Shown: positions 8,227 through 12,324 of the stretch, piece after piece | Layout of the letters: each line of letters begins with the position of its first letter | Position numbering within the stretch: position 1 is the first letter of the stretch | The notes under the pieces: generated by a model | Seen by the model: only the letters and a program-made list of their open reading frames with translations | Databases searched by the model: none | Told to the model about the DNA's origin: nothing | NCBI GenBank assembly: GCA_964453345.1 | Contig: CAYVOC010000028.1 | Location: 4,833 to 17,156, forward strand | Length of the DNA: 12,324 bases | Reading direction: 5' to 3' | Origin: an uncultured Aquificales bacterium | GTDB taxonomy: Bacteria > Thermosulfidibacterota > Thermosulfidibacteria > Thermosulfidibacterales > Thermosulfidibacteraceae | Translations under genes and position numbers: made by a program

Positions 8227-9035
8227 GGCGGGAGATACTCACGGGCAAGACCCTTGACACAAACTCAAACTGGCTTACCAAACAGCTCACACCCTTGGGG
8301 GTCAGGGTAAAGCGCATAGTGATCGTGGACGATGTGGTCGAGGAAATCGCCCAGGAGATTCTCAACTCCATAAAATACGGGGTGAGAATCATCCTCACAA
8401 CAGGGGGCCTTGGTCCCACCTTCGACGACAAAACCCTTGAAGCCATATCTGTGGCAACCGGAAGAAGGCTCCTTCTCAACGAGGACGCTTTGAAGATGGT
8501 GGAGGAAAGATACAGGCTCTTTTTCGAAAAGGGATGGGTTTCCTCGGCAGAGCTGACCCCGGAAAGGAAAAAGATGGCCATGCTGCCCGACGGAAGCATA
8601 CCCATCCCCAACCCCGTGGGAGCAGCCCCCGGAGTGCTTCTCAAACTCGGTCCCCATGTAATCGTCTCCATGCCAGGCGTGCCCGCGGAGATGAAGGAAA
8701 TGTTCACCCGCTACGTTAAACCCAGGATAGAAGAGATGGTTAAGGCCGAAGGGGCTGTGAGGATCCCGGCGGAAAAGACCATCAGCAGCGGTCTGTCGGA
8801 CGAGTCGGTGATTGCATCCATAGTCAAGAAGGTGAGGGAAGCCTTTCCTGAGGTTTACATAAAGAGCCTGCCGGAAACCTTCGGGGATGAGGTGGATATA
8901 CCGGTTCGCTTCACCTGCGAAGCGGAAAGCGAAGAAAAGGCGCTGGAGCTAATCGACAGGGCCATAGAGCTGTTTGTCAAACTTGCAAAAGGGGACTTGA
9001 CAAAAGATGGGGATGAGGCAAATAAAGATAAGTGA
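8202..9035 (+). CDS. CinA-like molybdopterin-binding-domain protein (COG1058), lacking the C-terminal PncC/NMN deamidase domain
   Basis: AEIIAIGREILTGKTLDTNS.WL, IVDD, TTGGLGPTFDDKT, KKMA.LP, NPVGAAPG and MPGVPAEM. Only 277 aa, ending after a small alpha/beta domain. Confidence 0.88.
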   Translation: MLAEIIAIGREILTGKTLDTNSNWLTKQLTPLGVRVKRIVIVDDVVEEIAQEILNSIKYGVRIILTTGGLGPTFDDKTLEAISVATGRRLLLNEDALKMVEERYRLFFEKGWVSSAELTPERKKMAMLPDGSIPIPNPVGAAPGVLLKLGPHVIVSMPGVPAEMKEMFTRYVKPRIEEMVKAEGAVRIPAEKTISSGLSDESVIASIVKKVREAFPEVYIKSLPETFGDEVDIPVRFTCEAESEEKALELIDRAIELFVKLAKGDLTKDGDEANKDK

Positions 9036-9040
9036 CCTAT

Positions 9041-9114
9041 GGGCCCGTAGCTCAGCTGGCCAGAGCCACCGGCTCATAACCGGAAGGTCCCAGGTTCGAC
9101 CCCTGGCGGGCCCA
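9041..9114 (+). tRNA. tRNA with anticodon CAT, most likely tRNA-Ile2 (lysidine-modified); CCA not encoded
   Basis: Cloverleaf: acceptor GGGCCCG/CGGGCCC with discriminator A; D arm GCTC/GAGC; anticodon arm CCGG-CTCATAA-CCGG (CAT at 9075-9077); T arm CCAGG-TTCGACC-CCTGG. G1-C72 pairing excludes initiator tRNA, and the overall sequence resembles Ile2 tRNAs. Confidence 0.93.
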
Positions 9115-9123
9115 TTTGAAAGC

Positions 9124-9160
9124 AAAGGGGAATGTGCTTTTAGCACATTCCCCTTTTTTT
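9124..9160 (+). terminator. Intrinsic (rho-independent) terminator
   Basis: Perfect 15-bp inverted repeat AAAGGGGAATGTGCT (9124-9138) / AGCACATTCCCCTTT (9142-9156) with a TTT loop, and a T7 tract at 9154-9160. Confidence 0.88.
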
Positions 9161-9175
9161 ATTGGAGCCTGAAAA

Positions 9176-9940
9176 ATGAAGCTTAGAGAGCTTATCAGCC
9201 ATCTGGATTCCATCTTTCCCTTTCAGCTTGCCCTTGAGTGGGACAACAGCGGCCTGCAGGTGGGAGATCCGGAGCAGGAGATACAGCGAATACTGATAAC
9301 TCTGGATATAACCGAAGACACCATTGAAGAGGCAAAGGAAAAGGGCTGCCAGCTAATCTTGAGCCATCACCCCCTCATATTCAGAGGGATCAAAAGCATA
9401 GACGCCTCCGACCCAGCCGGCGGATTGATCTTCAAGTGCATCAAATACGGAATAAGCGTGGTCAGCATGCACACAAACGTCGATGCGGCACCCAACGGCC
9501 TTGCTGTGAAAGTGGCGGAGATGCTGGAGATAGAGGTTGAAGAACCGCTGACGCCGGAGGGCATAGGCGTTGTGGGCAGAACAGCTCCCCTGCACTTTGA
9601 AAAGCTCCTCGAAAGGGTGAAAGGCAGGCTGAAAACCACTCCGAGGATCGTTGAGGGGAAGCACCCCTTTATTGAAAAAGTGGCCCTCTGCCCCGGAAGC
9701 GGCGGAGACTTAATAGACGAAGCCATAAAAAAAGGCGCTCACTGCTACATCACAGGAGACATCAAATACCACCAGGCCCAGAAGGCCCACGGAAACATGT
9801 GGATAATAGATGCGGGACACTTCGCCACCGAATACCCCTTCTGCGAGCTGATAAAAGAAAGGCTTAGGGAACTCGACTGCGTCATTTCGGATAGACAGAG
9901 GGACTTTTTAAAACCGATTTCGGGAGGAGCTTATGGATAA
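9176..9940 (+). CDS. Nif3-like dinuclear metal centre protein (DUF34/YbgI family), short form
   Basis: EWDNSGLQVG, ILSHHPLIF, SMHTNVD, CPGSG, YITGDIKYH and IDAGHFATE. GGAG SD at 9164-9167. Confidence 0.93.
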   Translation: MKLRELISHLDSIFPFQLALEWDNSGLQVGDPEQEIQRILITLDITEDTIEEAKEKGCQLILSHHPLIFRGIKSIDASDPAGGLIFKCIKYGISVVSMHTNVDAAPNGLAVKVAEMLEIEVEEPLTPEGIGVVGRTAPLHFEKLLERVKGRLKTTPRIVEGKHPFIEKVALCPGSGGDLIDEAIKKGAHCYITGDIKYHQAQKAHGNMWIIDAGHFATEYPFCELIKERLRELDCVISDRQRDFLKPISGGAYG

Positions 9941-10655
9941 GGAGCTGGAGATCCTCATCAAACTCCAGGCCATCGACAAACTCATCCTTGAGAGGAAACG
10001 GGATCAGAAGGAGATCCCCAATCAGCTGAGCAACTTAGAAAGGGAACTCAAAGAGGCCGAAGAGGAGCTGGAAAGAACCAAGAAAGAGAAAAAGGATCTG
10101 CTCCTCAAACGCAGAGAAAAGGAGAAGTTGCTTGACGATCTGGCCGAAAAGATAGCAGACAGAAAGGCCCGCCTCTTCAAGGTGAAGACCAACGAAGAAT
10201 ACGCCGCCCTCCTCAGGGAGATAGAGACCTTCAAAAAGGAGATAAGCGACACGGAGGACGAGATCATCATACTTCTGGACAGGGACGAGCAGATGGACGA
10301 TCTGATAAAGGAGGCCGAGGAAAAGGTAAAGAAACTCAAAAAACTACTCGATCAGAAGAAAAAGGAGTGCGAACAGCTCATAGGCAAAATAGACGAAGAG
10401 CTTGAAAGGGCAAAGAAGGAGCGGGAGGAGCTGTGGGCGCAGCTCAGCACGAGGACACAGCGTCTGTATGAGAAGCTCAGAAGCACCAAAGGGAGCGCCG
10501 TGGCCAGAGCCGCCAACCAGACATGCCAGGGCTGCTTCACGGAACTGCCCCCTCAAATATTCCTGGAGGTGAAAAAGGGGGAAAGGCTAATACAGTGCCC
10601 CTTCTGCGGCAGGATCCTCTACTACTGGGAAGAGCAGCAGCCCGATGAGGGCTAA
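9933..10655 (+). CDS. Coiled-coil protein with C-terminal C4 zinc ribbon (DUF164; CT398/HP0958-like)
   Basis: N-terminal L.KLQ.ID, long E/K heptad coiled coil with KTNEEYAALLREI, and C-terminal CQGC...CPFCGRILY. GGAG SD; overlaps nif3 by 8 nt. Confidence 0.92.
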   Translation: MDKELEILIKLQAIDKLILERKRDQKEIPNQLSNLERELKEAEEELERTKKEKKDLLLKRREKEKLLDDLAEKIADRKARLFKVKTNEEYAALLREIETFKKEISDTEDEIIILLDRDEQMDDLIKEAEEKVKKLKKLLDQKKKECEQLIGKIDEELERAKKEREELWAQLSTRTQRLYEKLRSTKGSAVARAANQTCQGCFTELPPQIFLEVKKGERLIQCPFCGRILYYWEEQQPDEG

Positions 10656-11061
10656 AATCCACTTTGACGGAGCGGCCAAGGGAAATCCGGGGCCTGCGGG
10701 CTACGGCTTCGTTATAGAGTTTGAAAACAGGCGCGTCATACAGGGCTACGGATACATAGGCGAAACCACCAACAATGTGGCCGAATACCACGGCCTCATA
10801 GAGGCCCTCACCTGCGCCCACAGGCTCGGGGCGAAAAGCATAAGGGTCTTTTCAGATTCCCAGCTGGTGGTGAAGCAGCTTTCGGGAGAATACAGGGTCA
10901 AGGCCGAGCATCTCAAGGAACTGCACGCCAGAGCGCTAAGACTCTTGAATCACTTTGAGGAAGCGCACATAGAATTTGTAGAAAGGGAAAGAAATAAAGA
11001 GGCCGATCGCCTTGCCAATGAAGCCATCAGGCGGTTGGCCGGTGGATCGGACGGCCGCTGA
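10645..11061 (+). CDS. rnhA: Ribonuclease HI (short form without basic protrusion)
   Basis: FDGAAKGNPGPAG, TNNVAEYHGL, VFSDSQLVVKQ and RERNKEADRLAN supply the D-E-D-D active site. Overlaps the zinc-ribbon gene by 11 nt. Confidence 0.93.
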   Translation: MRAKIHFDGAAKGNPGPAGYGFVIEFENRRVIQGYGYIGETTNNVAEYHGLIEALTCAHRLGAKSIRVFSDSQLVVKQLSGEYRVKAEHLKELHARALRLLNHFEEAHIEFVERERNKEADRLANEAIRRLAGGSDGR

Positions 11062-11430
11062 TCCCTATTAGAGGGATCGGAGGAAAGTCCGGGCTCCACA
11101 GGGCAGGGTGCCGGATAACATCCGGGTCCCGAAAGGGACGGAAAGTGCCACAGAAAACAGACCGCCGGACCCCGAACAAGTCCGGTAAGGGTGAAACGGT
11201 GGGGTAAGAGCCCACCGCTTCCCCGGGCAACCGGGGGAGGCACGGCAAACCCCACCCGGAGCAAGGCCAAATAGGGGGGCGTCCCTGCCGAAAGGCAGGG
11301 TAAGGGTTGCCCGCCCGATGCCCCCGGGTAGGCCGCTTGAGGCGTCGGGCAACCGGCGTCCCAGATGAATGGCCGTCGCCCCGCAGGGGGAACAGAACCC
11401 GGCTTACAGATCCACCGGTCAGCCGCTTGA
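11027..11430 (+). ncRNA. rnpB: RNase P RNA, bacterial type A (ends given are the maximal P1 helix; mature ends may be ~10 nt shorter on each side)
   Basis: Universal motifs GAGGAAAGTCCGGGCTCC, AGTGCCACAGAAAA, GGGTGAAACGG, GGCAAACCCC, GAGCAAGGCCAAATAG, AGATGAATG and ACAGAACCCGGCTTAC. P1 pairs 11027-11048 with 11409-11430, and P2 pairs GACGGCC with GGCCGTC. Confidence 0.97.
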
Positions 11431-11455
11431 CTTAATAGAAGCATCAATGGATCAT
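11427..11455 (+). promoter_or_regulatory. Putative sigma70 promoter giving a leaderless galT-family transcript
   Basis: TTGACT (11427-11432), 17-nt spacer, GATCAT (11450-11455), then 7 nt to ATG 11463. No SD upstream of the ATG. Confidence 0.4.
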
Positions 11456-11462
11456 ATTTCCC

Positions 11463-12314
11463 ATGGAGCGGTTTCGCTTTGATCCGCTGAGGAACCGATA
11501 CGTTATCCTGTCCCCTGTGAGAAAAAAGAGGCCTCACATAACGGAAAAAGAACCGGTATGCCCTTTTTGCCCGGGGAACGAAAACCAGACTCCACCGGAG
11601 GTCTGCAGAATTGAGGGAGAAGACGGCTGGAAGATAAGGGTGATCCCCAACAAATACCCCATCATTCCGGAAAGGCATGAGGTGGTCATAGAAACACCCG
11701 ATCACCACGGGCATCTGTGGAAGCTGGGCATTGATGAGATAAGGCTGTATCTGGAGGTTCTGAAGGAGAGGAGCGAAAGAATAAAAAAACTACCGGATGT
11801 CGCCCATGTGTGCATCTTCAAGAATCACGGCAAAAGCGCCGGCGCGTCCATACCACACCCCCACACCCAGATCATAGGACTGCCCTTCACCCCGCCGCAC
11901 ATAGAAAGGGAGGAAAAGATCCTGAGCACAGACTGCCCTCTTTGCTCTCACATAAAGCTTGAGCAATACATCGTTCTCAACAGAGGGGGCATAGTGGCCC
12001 TGTGCCCCCAGTTCTCGGCATTTCCCTATCAGATCTGGATACTGCCGGAAGAACACACCGGATCCTGGAGCAGATACCGGGATATTGAAAGCATTGCAGC
12101 CGCACTATCGGACGTGTTCAGAGGGTTGCACAGAATACTCGGTCCCTTTGAGTTCAACATGCTCTTCATGGACAGCCGCCACCACTGGCGCATAGAGATC
12201 GTTCCCAGAACCACCACCATAGCGGGTCTGGAACTTGCAACCTCAACCTTCGTGAATCCCGTGCCCCCAGAGGAGGCAGCGGAAAAACTGAAAAAAGCGC
12301 TACACAAGGGGTAG
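11463..12314 (+). CDS. galT: GalT-family (HIT superfamily) nucleotidyltransferase, galactose-1-phosphate uridylyltransferase-like, 283 aa
   Basis: R.DPL...VI.SP.RKKRP, CPFCPGNE, RVIPNKYP, HEVVIETPDH, FKNHGKSAGASIPHPHTQ (HxHxQ catalytic motif), CPLC, HWRIEIVPR and AGLELAT..FVNPVPPEEAA. Confidence 0.85.
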   Translation: MERFRFDPLRNRYVILSPVRKKRPHITEKEPVCPFCPGNENQTPPEVCRIEGEDGWKIRVIPNKYPIIPERHEVVIETPDHHGHLWKLGIDEIRLYLEVLKERSERIKKLPDVAHVCIFKNHGKSAGASIPHPHTQIIGLPFTPPHIEREEKILSTDCPLCSHIKLEQYIVLNRGGIVALCPQFSAFPYQIWILPEEHTGSWSRYRDIESIAAALSDVFRGLHRILGPFEFNMLFMDSRHHWRIEIVPRTTTIAGLELATSTFVNPVPPEEAAEKLKKALHKG

Positions 12315-12324
12315 CAGCCTCACT

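Noticed and set aside
9041..9114. Initiator tRNA-fMet assignment
   Set aside because: G1-C72 is paired and the anticodon stem lacks the GGG/CCC triple typical of initiator tRNA.
8949..9146. 65-aa minus-strand ORF
   Set aside because: Antisense to the tRNA, the terminator and the end of the cinA-like gene.
9090..9175. tRNA as an integration site or island boundary
   Set aside because: I saw no duplicated tRNA 3' end and no integrase, and housekeeping genes lie on both sides.
10950..11714. 254-aa minus-strand ORF and nested ORFs 11027..11248 and 11068..11352
   Set aside because: Antisense to the GC-rich rnpB and to rnhA/galT; a common source of spurious hypothetical proteins.
1..12324. CRISPR array, IS element, prophage or defence system
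   Set aside because: No regularly spaced repeats, terminal inverted repeats, transposase, integrase or defence-type domains were recognised, and nearly all sequence is explained by the listed genes.

Overview
Bacterial chromosomal window, probably from a thermophile (inferred from E/K/R-rich proteins, AGG/AGA/ATA codon use and a very long RNase P RNA P1 helix). The left half (minus strand) has an Amidohydro_2-family metallohydrolase followed by the 5' part of a tightly coupled chemosensory operon: a soluble chemoreceptor with two signalling hairpins (DosM-like), a triple-domain CheW, a CheB with a degenerate receiver domain, and CheR, which runs off the window edge and is missing from the ORF track. 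This resembles the F9-class cytoplasmic-array chemosensory cluster. The right half (plus strand) is housekeeping: manC, prmA, a stand-alone CinA N-terminal (COG1058) gene, tRNA with anticodon CAT (likely Ile2, CCA not encoded), a strong terminator, then nif3, a C4 zinc-ribbon coiled-coil gene, rnhA, rnpB (type A RNase P RNA) and a galT-family gene. The most notable points are the double-tip receptor / CheW x3 / pseudo-receiver CheB module, and that the last ~11 codons and stop codon of RNase HI lie inside the 5' strands of P1-P3 of the RNase P RNA. No mobile elements or CRISPR arrays were seen.
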